From contig OZ316776.1 of NCBI GenBank assembly GCA_973851085.1, forward strand, positions 6,200,001-6,264,000: a stretch of DNA of 64,000 bases, given 5' to 3'. The notes under the pieces were generated by a model. It was not told where the DNA came from. It ran no database searches and worked only from the letters and a program-made list of their open reading frames with translations. Of the stretch, positions 15,590 to 28,604 are shown piece by piece. The first letter of the stretch is position 1. Each line of letters begins with the position of its first letter. Position numbers and translations under genes: made by a program. This DNA is from Ptychomitrium polyphyllum (Eukaryota).

Positions 15590-18085
15590 TCACTGTGAAT
15601 CACTTCCATACGATGATGGAGCTTCATCTCCTTCAGGACAAGCAGGACCTGGGAGTACCAAGGAGCCCATACCAGTCAAAGTCTCTGAAAGCATTTGAAG
15701 ACTTCCACCACTTTTTTTGAACTCACTAACACGTTTCTCCAAAATTTGCTCAAATTTTCCATGTTCATGTTTATGTAAGGTTCGTAACTCCCTTACAATG
15801 TTCTTGTGTCTCTGTATCACGAAGTTGCCGTCACATTTAATGAGTATGATACAAAACATTAACCTGTTTTAGTTTCAAATACGTGTACTTATAGGACTAC
15901 CAGTGCAGAAAATATCTATAATACTACAATGAAATAATAAACGATACCTGAGAGCATCTTTCAAGATCCAGATTTCTTGTCTTTCGGAGTTCGTCACGCC
16001 CTTGAGCAGCACGTTGCAACAATACCTCCATTTCATTTTGCTGCTTGGCTCGAAGAGCAGCTTCTTTAATCGCTACCTCAGCTGCATATGCAGCAAGTGT
16101 TGCTTGTAATTCTATATGCTCCATCCTATCTGCAATACGTTTAACTTCATCGGCCTCTAAGTATTTTCCTTGTTTTCCAAGAAAGGTCTACACAACCATG
16201 ACATAGAAGAATCAATTAATTGGTGATTGTGCTCACAAAATACTTTGGTATTTGCTAAGTTGAATAACTTGTCATCATGTAAAATCTAGATTATTATAGG
16301 AGCGATATCAGCTAATTATGATAACACATCCCAAGCTGATGGTACACATGTTCCACTTGACATGAATTACCTGCACTTTTCTATGTTTGAGAAGCTCGCG
16401 AGACCACTGAGGTTTAGTAGGCGTTTTTGCAGCCATTCGTTGCCTGAAGGCTTGTAAAACGCCGATTTGTTGACGTTTTAGCTTTGCTGCATGTTCTACA
16501 ACACCTTTGTGGAACTCATGCAGCTTCTCATCCCAGAGCTGCTCAACACAAGTAAAGACCATTCATAAATGAATTTTAAGAACTTTGGATGCCAGCTTGA
16601 AAATGCTAAAAGATAAATACAATAATTAGTTGTTTAGGAGGCGTACACGGTACATTGAAGTCTTCAGGAAATGTATTATAAGTTATATAGCATACCCGAT
16701 TTCTCTCAGAAGCTTCTTGTTTGTAAGCCCTTTCAGCTTCTTCTCTTTCTTTGCCATGTCTTTCGAGCATGGCCGCTTTCCTCTTATTATCCTCCAAGAC
16801 CTACAAATTTATCCCAATCAAATCAAGATAAATTTCCAGCAGACTGGAGTACGATAGCATCTCAAACGTGGAATCGTCGTGCAGAATGAGCTCTGTGACA
16901 GAATACCTTCACACCGTTAAGACGTTGAGCCGCAGCTCGCGCCTCCATGTAATTACCCTCATTTTCAGCTTTCTTTCTATGTTCTTCCAGAGTCTTGATA
17001 ACCTCGAGCACCTTCACAATAAATTCGGCAACGCACAAAGTTTGAATTAACACATGATTCTTCCCGCTCAACTCACATATGCATCGTATTATAAAACCAT
17101 GCTTTCAAAAATAGCATGTAGTGTACCTGGGGGGAGAGGGCAGGATAAACGAGATCGATTGTACCCCTCCGACTAGGACTTCTTTGTAGCGTTCTGAACG
17201 ACCCAGCCGTAGTAGTCCCCGTCATGCTCACGCTACTCCTGTAATTGCGAACCCCATTCGCACATATCTGTCAGTCATTTGTTACTACAACTAAAGCATG
17301 CATTTCCTCAAAAATATGCAAATTCAAACTAATGAGAGGAGTTTGAAATTAAGATTAGCTTAAAGCTCTGTACCGAGATCCTAGGAATGAAGGGTAACGA
17401 GATTCTCTTCTCTCGAGGTGCGCTGCTAGCTGCACCAGCATAGTCCATAGCATCAGACCATGTCATCTTCACTGCGAGTAGCAATTCAGTAACATACTGA
17501 TAATATACGTCGTACTTACAATCAAACAGATGCATAACACTCTGCAAACAGCCCCACGGATTATAACCGAGCGCGTGCAGTACAGTGACAAAGGCAGACT
17601 TAGTCTAAATGCCAATTCTGATTGAAGCAATTCTGAGTATTACTGGGAAGGGTACATACCAAAGAGACGGGGATGCCACTCTTCTGGCCTGTCGTCTCTT
17701 TGAGGGCATAGTATGTCATTTTGAGCGAGGAGACATTGTCGAGCTTGTTGTTGGTCGACGTGGGCGTGTTAACCTCTCCATCCCAGTCCCTGCTCCTTTC
17801 CGATGCCGACAACAAAATGTTTGAGTACTGATTACCACCATCCACATCAGGGAGCTTGGACAACTTGGTCCTGAATACGAACTCCTCTCTGCCCTCGTTA
17901 GCATCTAATTCCTTCACAAACTGGGTGATCTCCTTCTCCACATCAATGTGCTGGTTGATCTCTGGGAATGACATCTGAAATGATACGGAATCATCCTCGC
18001 TGCTCGGAGACCGGTTCGAGGGGGATTGGATCCGTGACAGAGATGGTGGCAAGCTGCCATGGGTAGGGCTATCAAAGCTTGTCAT
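15590..18085 (-). CDS. Uncharacterised coiled-coil protein; core exons ~17011-16907, 16800-16696, 16538-16371, 16187-15948, ~15811-15590; 5' exons (17127-18085) and 3' end uncertain
   Basis: Phase-0 GT-AG introns join VLEVIKTLEEHRKKAENEGNYMEARAAAQRL / VLEDNKRKAAMLERH / LWDEKLHEF..PQWSRELLKHRKVQ / TFLGKQGKYLEADEVKRIADRME..LDLERCSQ / RHKNIVRELR into one E/K/R/Q/A-rich helical ORF. The Ser-rich ORF starting at 18085 ends at a GTATGT donor (17659). I could not resolve the phases of the intervening exons. Confidence 0.75.
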
Positions 18086-19819
18086 TCTTTTGGAGTCGAC
18101 TGGACTTGAATCTGCGTATTCCCTAAACGGGGTCTTGCTTAGATCAGACAGAAGTTCCTGGAGCTACTCCAGTTTCCTCCTTGATTTTAAACAAACGACG
18201 ATGGAATCAACTTTCACCCTGTGGGTTCCAATTCCTTTCCTTTCCTCTCTATGAGCTTCTGCGTCACACCTTCCTACCCTATGTCCATACCGATCCACAT
18301 TGTTCACACCAGAACCAATACTGTTGTTCTGCCCATAGAACGATGCATTGCATCCTTGCACATCGTAGGAACCATACATGTGACATAGATTCTTCTTTGA
18401 AAGAATTCGAAAGTACGCCTCAAGGTTTGACATGATACTTTCGTGTCCATTTGTGCGACAACACAAGAAAATCAAGGATGTAACACACCTCAAGTCAACA
18501 TCTTCATTCAAGTTCAAATCTTGTGTAAAGACCAAGAAACATCGCTGGAATTGGCGTTCGCATGTTGTAAATCTTCAAGCAACTGGAGCCAACCCCCTTC
18601 CGACGCAAGTTGGACATGCTTGAACAGGAAATTGAACAATCTTACAGTCCATGTCCCTCAACATCTACACAACATGAGGGGCATGCTTGCTGGCATGAGA
18701 AAGTACATTACAGGACACTGCTACGAGTCACAGTCATCTCCCACAACGTATGAGGGCATCAGTATCTATTCTTCAGCGCCGCCATCTTCTTCATTACTGC
18801 GTTTCCAATTTCCTCTTCCCCATCGTCTCAATCCCAAAGGCTTGAGCGCACAATAGCCTCATTTCGATATCACGAGTTGTGATCTCTATTCTGTAACCCT
18901 CCCCCATCCTTTCGCACTTTCACCATTCTCTTGCATGATCAAAGCTGAAACCGAGCATGCCACCCAAGCTCAGTCCAATCTCCTGCTCACAAAAGAACCC
19001 AAACGACTTCAGCCGCCGAAATGCAGCCATGCCTCGACCTCGAAGATGGAGCATAACCCAACAATGGCACTTTGATTGTGATTAGATAAAGCCCTAGCAA
19101 GACAGAGCAGAGCTTCCAGCAGCTGCCACCCTACAAATTTCAACAAGAACTGGAGGGAGATGACCTTGGGCGGCGGTTGGGCGTTCGGATGCCTCGATCT
19201 CATGCGTTTCAAGCTTACGTGGGTATCCGAGTCAGGAAAACAAGGGTAAACCCTAATTATGTCTCTCCACGTCGGATATCGTCTCCACCGCTTGGGGTTT
19301 CCTTTGGTCCTCACTCACTTCGATCACGGCGGAGTCACGATTTCGATCGTGGGTTTTGGTCTGCAAACTGCAAACACCGATGTTTCTGACGTTGCTGATG
19401 AGAGGCATAGGTGCTGCGTTGCGATTCAGGAGATTTATAGATCTGTGACAGGCCATTCAGTTGACATCTCCATTGTCCGCGCCTCTTCGAAGCGGAGCTT
19501 CAAGGCACACAGAGTATTAGGTTATGCTTTCAAGTGAAGGACAGGAGAAGGAAAGGAAACAGCCTGTGGGGATGTGTTGAGGACGATCACCAAGAGTTTT
19601 GATTTGTCTTCAGCTTGCTGACTGCTCTTTCTCGTTTCGAATTCGCCGTCTCGAACCTCGCTTCTGGAGTTGGAGGTTTCCGAGTAGCGTTCTCTCCGGG
19701 GTGATAGCGGATCACAGATTCTTTTGTTCGGATACAGAAGACGTCGTAGGGCTTGACGTGAGTGGTGGGGATTGAGGGAAGGAAGTTGCGGATTAGCTAG
19801 GTGATCCCATCCTGAAAAT

Positions 19820-21132
19820 ATGTCGAGCACCGCCTGCTTCGTTATAGTGTCGCGGAATGACAGTCCTATCTACGAGAGCGAAGTCGGCACTGCTCCAAAG
19901 GTATTGTCACATTGTCGCTCCTTGTGCAATGTTGGTCAGTTCTGGAATTAGACAATGTTTTTTCCGGTTGGTGGTTTGGTTTTCTCTAAGCATTTTCGAC
20001 TCTACTGGAAATTGGGTATTGATCGTTGATGCTCTCCTTCGATTTTTTGCGTTCGTCGTGCAAAGGTGACTGTCCTGTTAAACACAGTTATTTTGTGAAT
20101 TTAGATCTTTCATCGTTTGATGTAGATTTTATGCAACATGGAGGGAAAGCGTTTGCTGTACTTTTTGTCTTGTCGACGATTAATAGCTCTTCTGTGGGCG
20201 ATGGAAACGTGTTGATGATACAAGTTGTGTTGACGGTAGTTCTGTCGTTGCCTTGTCTTTTGGGATGCAGAAAGACGAGGCAGCACATCTGCATCAATTC
20301 ATACTGCATGCTTCGCTTGACATTGTTCAAGATGTGGTTTGGAACACCAATAACATGTATGACTTCTTGACTACCTCTATTCCTTGATCGAGAAGGAATA
20401 CTCTGATGGCATGCTTGTTTGGAAGGATCAGATTAAATTGTTGGATTCTTGTTGTGTGTGTTCTCTTGCTTTGCTGATGGAATACAGGGCAGCATATTGT
20501 TTCTGATTATTTTGAAGTAACCATTTACCTCCTTATTGCTTTGTCTTTAGTTTGAAAATTCCTATCCTAAATTCTGTTATGTGGTTTTTAGGTTTTTGAA
20601 GTTGGTGGATAAGTTTAACGATTTGCTGGTTTCTGTATATGTGACTGCGGGCCATACTCGGCTGATGCTACTGCACGACTCTCGTAACGAGGATGGCATC
20701 AAAAACTTCTTTCAAGAAGTCCATGAACTCTATATCAAGGTGATTGCATTACCGAAACTGAAGACCACTCTTTTCCGCATGTTATTCATCCTGTGTGCGA
20801 TGTGCTATTAGTATACCAGCATTGCTGAAGCTGATGAACTTCTTGCTTTTTTGAAGCACAGTAAGTTACTGCGCAATGAACATTTTGAGCATGTCCTTTC
20901 CCAATCGTACTATGTTTTATTAACTACGTGCTGCATAAGCTTGAACTTATCAATTACGGCTGCCCTGGGCATATCAAATTCTGCTCAACGACAGCATTTA
21001 GACTGTCTCAATGACTAATGCTACCTGCTTAAGCTGCAGATGCTATTGAACCCTCTGTATGTACCCGGCTCACGCATCACCTCGCCGTTCTTTGACACGA
21101 GGGTTCGTGCTCTTGCACGAAAGTATCTGTGA
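19820..21132 (+). CDS. TRAPPC2: Trafficking protein particle complex subunit 2 (Sedlin/TRS20); exons 19820-19900, 20271-20356, 20592-20739, 21040-21132
   Basis: Spliced protein [135 protein letters not shown] has the Sedlin-family pattern; introns are GT-AG. Confidence 0.95.
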
Positions 21133-22515
21133 GACTCCTACAGCAGATTATGGAAGAGGAAAAAGACATCCTTGAGGACACCATGTTCGTGTGCACCTTT
21201 ATGCGTTGAAGACAATTGTAAGATTATCTTAGAAATTGCTGAGGTACTGATTGATACAGAAGCCGCGGCAGTTACATGTTAGGCTTTGATTCTAGAGACT
21301 CCTATGTGGGACGAAGTCAAGTGCAGCTAGCTGGAATATTACTGTAGCGCATCAGTTCTTGTTGGAGCTAGTACGTGCCCATTGTACCGTGTAGAGCAGA
21401 GTTGTTCTTTTTTAGTTGGTTTGCCAGATTCCTTCCATGTTGTTGCAGGATTGCTTCCTTCTTCAACTCTGTTACGGTACTTGTATTTAGAGCTCTTTTA
21501 TAAATTTCATCTGGGCACTGATCCATACAAAATCGTTCAGAGCCCCTCAAATGATTGTGTGTTCTCTTGTTGCATGGAGTGCCTTCCTCTGCTAGTCCAT
21601 ATTTAACGATGGGTGTTGCTTTAGTGAGTTTTGCAAACAGTCATGGTCCACTGAACTGTGCATTCACCCAAAATGGGTTTGATTACAGTCCGATCTGAGT
21701 AAAGTGTTCTTGCAGTAAAGTGTTTACTTCCTTTGGTTGAACGATTGCTAGTTGTGTGCCTTTAGTCCATAAAAGGTGTTTCTGGTAGCCAGCAAATGTT
21801 CTGATAGGAGTTCTCTTGGCACTATTTCATAGGTGCTGCAGAATCAAAATTGACGAATTCAACGTGCCATGTGGACTTGTACTATGAACACGGGGTTTGT
21901 TCCTCAGCTAGAAACTGTATGTTCTTTTATCATTCTGTAGGTCTAAAATACACAGATTAATTCAAAAGTCCAGCATTGATCACAATTTCTGAAAAACATC
22001 TTCCTTTTTTCAATTCACAGATACCTTCAGAAAGAAGTGCCTAAATTACATCTAATACATCGCAACAGATACAGTAGCTGCTCACTTGGTTGAAAATTGT
22101 CCTACAGCAAGAATACCAATACTCACTACAGAGCGAAGCTCATCATAAAATTGTTCTTGTCTGCAGAACAAGCCTCTAGCGGCCCACTCAGCAATGACCA
22201 TGAGTTCAGGACAGCAGTCAACAAGACTTCGATGCAAAGAACCTGGATGCGAACACATGAGATTTTCAAAACCTGTTTAGACGCTTCAAAACTCTGTCTG
22301 TCTACATGGAGCTGTCTCCAGGTCGATGATGTCTACAAAGTAAACAAAAGCTATGGCGGTACTCCACCATGGGCACCAAAACTTCAAAAATTCATGAAGG
22401 CTTACATGTCTAGTTTAGCACCTCAAATAGAATCTGTGTTGGAGGAGCCTTACAAATAGACATGATCTCTTTTTCCAGTCTGCGATACTCGAATTGAATT
22501 TCTAGAGGATAAACT

Positions 22516-24013
22516 TTACAATGCTTGATTGTACACATTCAAGTAATCACTAATCTTTCGCATAGACGCCAAGCTCGGCATTGCGAGCAAGATGTTGACG
22601 CTGCGCCTGTCTTTCCCGCTCGACGTGAAGAGCACCACTTCACGATCCGGCAAGCAGGCGGGGCTGGTGCACAGAGGCTGGCCCCAGCCAAAGTCCACGC
22701 TGTGGAAGGGGAGTCGCAGCCAGGTTGTGATCAGAAGAGTGGCAACTAGGGCAGGGCGGGCACGAGTGGCCTCGAAGAAGTCGAGGGCGGAGCGCATGTA
22801 ATCGTCGGTGATCATGGCGATGGCGTCCTGAACGAGCTTCACAGTGAAAGCGAGGGGCTGTTGGGTTAACTTGCCGGCGGTGGCAATGGCAGTAGTAAGG
22901 ACGATGCCATTGCCGAAGAAGTACTTCGGTAGAGGCGGGTTGAATTTGTTGCGTCCGTCCACGGCGAACAGGAGGCGCGTCTTCTGCTCGGGCGGCATGT
23001 CCAACGCTTGGGTTCTCGCTCGCCACGTCAATGCCGTGAGGGCTTCAAAGGTGGAGACCTTGCTCAAAGTCCCATTTTCGAGAATTTCTTTCTTCAGGGC
23101 TTCGATGGTTTGTGGGGTGAGGATAAAGTTGTTGTACACCAAGCTGTCGCCCATGACGAGGTTGCCCTCGGGAGACAGGTCTTCGATTTCGTCGAACTCG
23201 TGATGCGGGAACTCGATCCTTGGCGGATCTCGCGACCGCAGCACGTTCCGATGGATGTGGGGTGGGTTTGTAATGCCCACGCCACGAGCGAGGTCACCCC
23301 ACGCCAGGAGAAACTCGTTGGCGGAGAGACCATCCATCAGACAGTGGTTGTTGTGCACGCCAAGTGCGAAACCTCCGCACTTGAATGTGGTCACCTGCAT
23401 TGATTGACAAAAACCTCGCAACATGAACAGTCAAGCGCCGGCCATAGCTGCTAATTTCTACAGAGCCATCTTCTACAATGTGCAATAGCTAGTTCAAATG
23501 TCACTCAATGAGGGCTTGCTGCTAATTGTTCTAGCACATGTAGCATTGCCATGGATTCTTGTGCACCTGTACAATCAGAGGAGGCACTTCGAGAATATTT
23601 TTCGCGTTGGGGACATCGTAAACGAGCTGGCGCATGAACGGAGCAGGGCTGGACAGCTGATCCCCGAGCTCTACGATGGAGTTTTCCGCAGTAGCCTCCA
23701 CGAACACTGCGCCCTGGTCCTCGCACTCCACTTGCAGCTTTCCGTCCTCGCTGATGCCCAACCTGCCGGCCATGGGGTAGAAATGCACCAGCAGATTGGA
23801 TAGCGCACTTTTGATGACAGCCACGGAGTCGTCGTTCTTCTTGCCTTCTTGGGCGTTGAAGAAATACACCGTGCGCATGCTCACGGCTATATTTTGGTCC
23901 AGATTCGTCAAGAAGTAGACACGCTGCTTCGTTGGCTCGGACGGGAACACCAATGTGGGCTCCTTCACCTTGATCTCCAGTTTCTCGAACGGCATCTCGT
24001 CACCGCCTGGCAT
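22516..24013 (-). CDS. BAHD acyltransferase, omega-hydroxyacid feruloyl transferase (FHT/ASFT)-like; exons 24013-23567, 23394-22516
   Basis: HXXXD (HCLMD) and DFGWG motifs, plus YFLTNLDQNIAV, LVHFYPMAGRL, PPLIVQ|VTTFKCGGF with the typical BAHD 'Q' intron (GT-AG), and YFFGNGI. The start is taken as the ATG of MPGGDEMPFEK. Confidence 0.93.
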
Positions 24014-25112
24014 GCCCACTGCTCTTGCTGCTGCCCTTACCGCAAGCTTCTTCTCACCTGTGTGCAACAATGATCTCTGCCTTCCTCTCGTTTCTTCACA
24101 CTTTCTATACCACTCGTTCCCATTCACGGGAGATGTTTCACGATATAATGAATATTCATGGCAGCTCGCAATTGTCAAAGATACTCACGACATGCAAAAC
24201 TAATAACTCTTCAGCAGAGCCAACATCGGTCAGAAACGTCATGAGAGTAGTTCACTTAGAGTCTCCTCAAGCTTACGCAATGGAGTGAACTGATTATGCA
24301 AACCCAGTTACTGACAGTAAAACTACGAACTTCTAGTGAAGCTCGTATTGCTCATTAGATACGAATGATTTCAGGCTATGGCGTGCAAGGTGTTTTCAGG
24401 AAAGTTGTGGAGATGGAGATGGGAAAGGCTGGTGCAGAGACAAAGCAGCAACATAAACCGCCCTTGCTGCAGGAATGCGGTGAGCCATGAATGCTGCAGG
24501 CAGAGGCAGTACTCCTTTGAGCACCATTATTTGATGCAGCGTAAGGCACGAGTATCGGTAGTAGTCGGCAGTTGGATCTCAATATCACACCTTCCTTTAT
24601 TTCTTTTTAGAATTGACACGAATGAATGAAAAATATAATTGCACCTAGATGAGTCACCCTCCTCTCATCTGTGAAGGTCGTCCTTCGATGTCACAGCCTT
24701 TATGGGCACCCAAGCTTAACTTATCAACTTGTCAGCATTGAACAAGCGTTCAAAGCAGCGATCCAATTTATGCAAGTAGGATTACTCACATTTGCTTGCT
24801 AGATAAACTATAACTTGCTTTCATTGCTGCGGTCCTTGTAGGTTAACAGTGATGGTAAGTTACAGGATGTGAATGCATCATTTCTGCATACTGAATTCTT
24901 TCATACTATTTTTAAAAATTAAAATCCTGAAATCCTACCAACCCTTTGAATTAACTCTCTGACAATCGCATAGTCAATGTTGTATGTCATAAGACAGTAG
25001 GCAACGTTCTTGTTGATGATTGATTTTCATGGAGTATGATTATTATCAACTCATACTAAAATAGGTCTTCTTGAGAAATAGATTTGATCCAAAAGTGACA
25101 CATGGTAATAGG

Positions 25113-25271
25113 ATGTTTTCAGTTCATGCCCTCTCAATGTTTTCAGTTCATGCCCTCTCAATGTTTTCAGTTCATGCCCTCTCAATGTTTTCAGTTCATG
25201 CCCTCTCAATGTTTTCAGTTCATGCCCTCTCAATGTTTTCAGTTCATGCCCTCTCAATGTTTTCAGTTCAT
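25113..25271. repeat. Perfect 24-bp minisatellite (ATGTTTTCAGTTCATGCCCTCTCA) x6 plus a 15-bp partial copy
   Basis: Identical units start at 25113, 25137, 25161, 25185, 25209, 25233; the partial copy starts at 25257. Confidence 0.97.
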
Positions 25272-28054
25272 ACCAAGAAATTGCATTGTGTAACATGCTC
25301 TATATACTTTGAAACTTTGAAATAAATGTAAGCAGGCCCATTATCACCATCTTCCTATATGAAAAGATTAGTATCTACCAAACATATGTTTAATAACTAT
25401 TAAAGAGAAAGGTGGTGAAAAAAGGCATGGACTTGCTCCATGGTAGTTTTAACTGAAGTTTGGATTGTTGTACATATAAATAGTGATTACTAGTTGTTAA
25501 TTGAGTGGATAATTGGCTAACTTACTAATAGTTTTTGATCTTTTTGAAAAAACATCTTTTCTTTGGATTCTTACTAGATTTAATTCTTTTATTAAAAAAT
25601 AATGACCCATCTTGCATTGTTTTCAAACTTTAGCTTCTACAAAAAGAAATTTTAAAAAAAATTACACAACCTTGAATAGTTGCAATCCTTAGCATAGTGA
25701 ATAAATGTCTACTTAAATTAATTATTGAAACAAGTGCTATTTATTGGATAGAAGTGATGCCAAATCAAAGTTTAGGACTGGCAACCATGGAATCTTCATT
25801 AATATAATGATGATCATTCTATTTAATCTCTTATATGCATGTCCTATGCTCAAAAATTTCATCTTTTCATAGTTGCATTTCAACTTCTATTATAAGTACA
25901 CCAATTAAAGACACTTTAAGCAATTGAGCATATATATCATTATTAAAAAAGATTTATTTGTATTAGGGCTTATTGAATTTAGCATGTACTTTTTGAAATT
26001 GTATGAATAAGTTAAGAATCTTCAAAGTTTTCAACATGGAATATATCAATAGTGATATAAAAGCTGATATTGAAATGATATACATTCTTACAATTAATAT
26101 GTATTTATGTTGTAAGATTAATATTAGGTCTATACCATAAAAAGATGTAGTTATCTTTTCAAAACTCATTTAGTGTTGAAATAGAGTTAAAAAATTTAAT
26201 AAAACATTCTTCAAGTTGATCTTTATTTCTAAAGCAAATAAAATGGTTTGACCTATAACCACCACTTTGAGCATTTGAATATACCTACACATTTTCCATC
26301 TATTTGCAATCAATATTCATGCATGTTAGTTTCCAAAGAAAATTCAAAATTTTAAAAAAATAAAATTAGATCTTGCATGAATTCAATAAATAATTAATGG
26401 CGTTGAAAAGAAATATGGTTCTAAAAATATCATCTATGAATTTTGAAGATTTTGTAATCTAGTACTAAATTCTTATTCCAAGATAAGCAAAATGATGCCT
26501 AATAATTCTCTTAGTATCTCCATAAATTTTGGCAAAATTATGAGATAAATTTTCCTGTTTAAGCAACTACTTGAATGATTTGGTATTATTTAATGAAATC
26601 ATCACTATGTCCTTTAAGCAATTTTGAAAGAAATTCTTAATAACATTTATTCAAAACACTGAATGTATATGTATGTATAAATGTTGTGTTTTACTCATTT
26701 GCTTAGTGCTTAATTAAGCTTTCAGACATGTTTTTGGGGACTTGGAGAGATAACGACAGAAGCTGTGCAAGTCCAGTTAGCCTGCTGATAGGGAATATGC
26801 TAGTCATTGACACTTTTATATTCCCCATTTCTGCATAGTATTTTGGGGAATCACGTTGTGTAAGTTTGTAAACTCATGTGAATATTTTGACATTGGACAG
26901 GACGAGTGAAACTTCTGTAGAACATGGGTGTGCACTGCACTGTCATGTGAGTCTTATTTAAAATTGCCAAATTTTATTTTCATGTGAATATACTTCAAGG
27001 ATTCTACTGTCTACAACAACTTTCAACCTTTGTGTCTACTGTGAGAACCTTTCAGACTCACAGATGAGGATAAACGCTTTGAATGGTACCAAACATAAGA
27101 GAATTGAAAAGCTGAAGCTTATGACAACCACAACGCTCTGCCTCACCTTCTTCACCTTTGAAAGTGGAAAATCTACAACAAATGCTAGTAGTCAATGCAT
27201 AAAGGTATGAATTTAGGTTGATGACTTGGCATACTAAGTCTTCCAGTCATCCCATCATTTAAATGCTCAATTCTATTGCAAAATCCTTGTTGGACTAGAG
27301 ATATTTGTTATTTGTAAGTTCATCCCTTATACATCTTTTGAACGCAAGGCAGCAGTTTGTGAAGGAGATGGACGCCGCTTTGGTTTTGTCAACACATTCT
27401 GTCGATCACCGAGAGCAGGAAGTGTTGCGCAATTGGAAGTTGGAAGTGGGATTGCCGAAGGTGGTGAGTGTATTTGAGCTCTTGCAGTGTCTGTTTCATC
27501 AGTCTTCGAGGTTACTTCCTACAGGTTTACGCTGGACTGTGAGGTCTTGTCGCTGGGGTCTTAGGTCTAGTTGGAGGTTTGGTATCATTATGACCTGCAG
27601 TGGGTTTTTGTTCCAAAGGTTGAAGTTCTGAGGGATCTCTTGGTAGGGGTGAATGCGAAGGCAGTTGAGTTGATGCTTCCTACTTGGATTGAGCTCCAGG
27701 AAATGTCAAGTCAGCAGGAAATCTCCGTGTGGAATCTGAGTAGTGAATTGGCGCAATTGCGAGTTACTTCGTCGTTTGTGGAAGAGATTACTGATGAGGG
27801 TATGCCGGGGTTTTGGGGGGTTGAGCTCTCAGCTCAATCACGGTGGCACAGCGGAAATTAGTAAAAGCCCTAATTGCATACCTTGTGGAGTCTCAGAGTG
27901 TCTTCGCTGAGTAATCATTCTGCGGCCAGTCATGAGGATTATAGGGGTGGATGTATGATTCATGTCAGTGTCGAATTGGGTTCAACATCCTGACCTATGG
28001 AAGCATGGTGAGACTGTGATAGGGTGTCTAAAATCTGTGCTGTGCGCAACAGAT

Positions 28055-28604
28055 ATGAAGGAGGTGGAATCAGGAACCAAAACATGCAAGCGCTGTAAGA
28101 GCAGCTTCACAACGCAGTCCAACTCGAGCTCGGCATGTCGATTTCATCCAACCTACTTTGTTTCTCGTCGGCACGACGATCAGAAGAGGTATGGGAGAGT
28201 ATTGATGACCCAGTGAGTGAGTAACGGATCACAAGAAGTGGTTTTTGTCACGATACAAAAGGGTTCAGATGGAAGGTCATATTTCGTAATGAAATTTACA
28301 AATTTCTGCGTTGATTAGGAAGAAGGTTCAGGGAAATAGGGTAGAGGGGAGAGCAGAGTACATTTAATGTAATGAAACTGGGATTCACTTTGCCTGTTCA
28401 TGCGCTTGATTTTTGCTCTTTCTGTCCATATGCTTGGTGTGTAGCATGTTTGACGATTGTGTTTGTGTTGTGATCAGATACTATGAGTTGGGACCAGACG
28501 ATCCTCCTTATGCAGCCAAATTCTGGGATTGTTGTGGGTCAGAAGATCCTGAAGCTGAAGGCTGCAAGTCATCGTTTCACGTCTCATACGACGAAGGCTC
28601 ATAG
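28055..28604 (+). CDS. Small Cys/His-rich putative zinc-binding protein (CHORD-like spacing); exons 28055-28188, 28478-28604; may have an upstream exon
   Basis: MKEVESGTKTCKRCKSSF..ACRFHPTYFVSRRHDDQKR|YYELGPDDPPYAAKFWDCCGSEDPEAEGCKSSFHVSYDEGS*; GT-AG phase-2 intron; CxxC..CxxH..WxCC..GC....H pattern. An AG acceptor lies just upstream (28051-28052). Confidence 0.85.

Noticed and set aside
25051..25325. ORFs with repeated peptides (HELKTLRG, MFSVHALS, CFQFMPSQ)
   Set aside because: These are translations of the 24-bp minisatellite; it is open in several frames and has no gene context.
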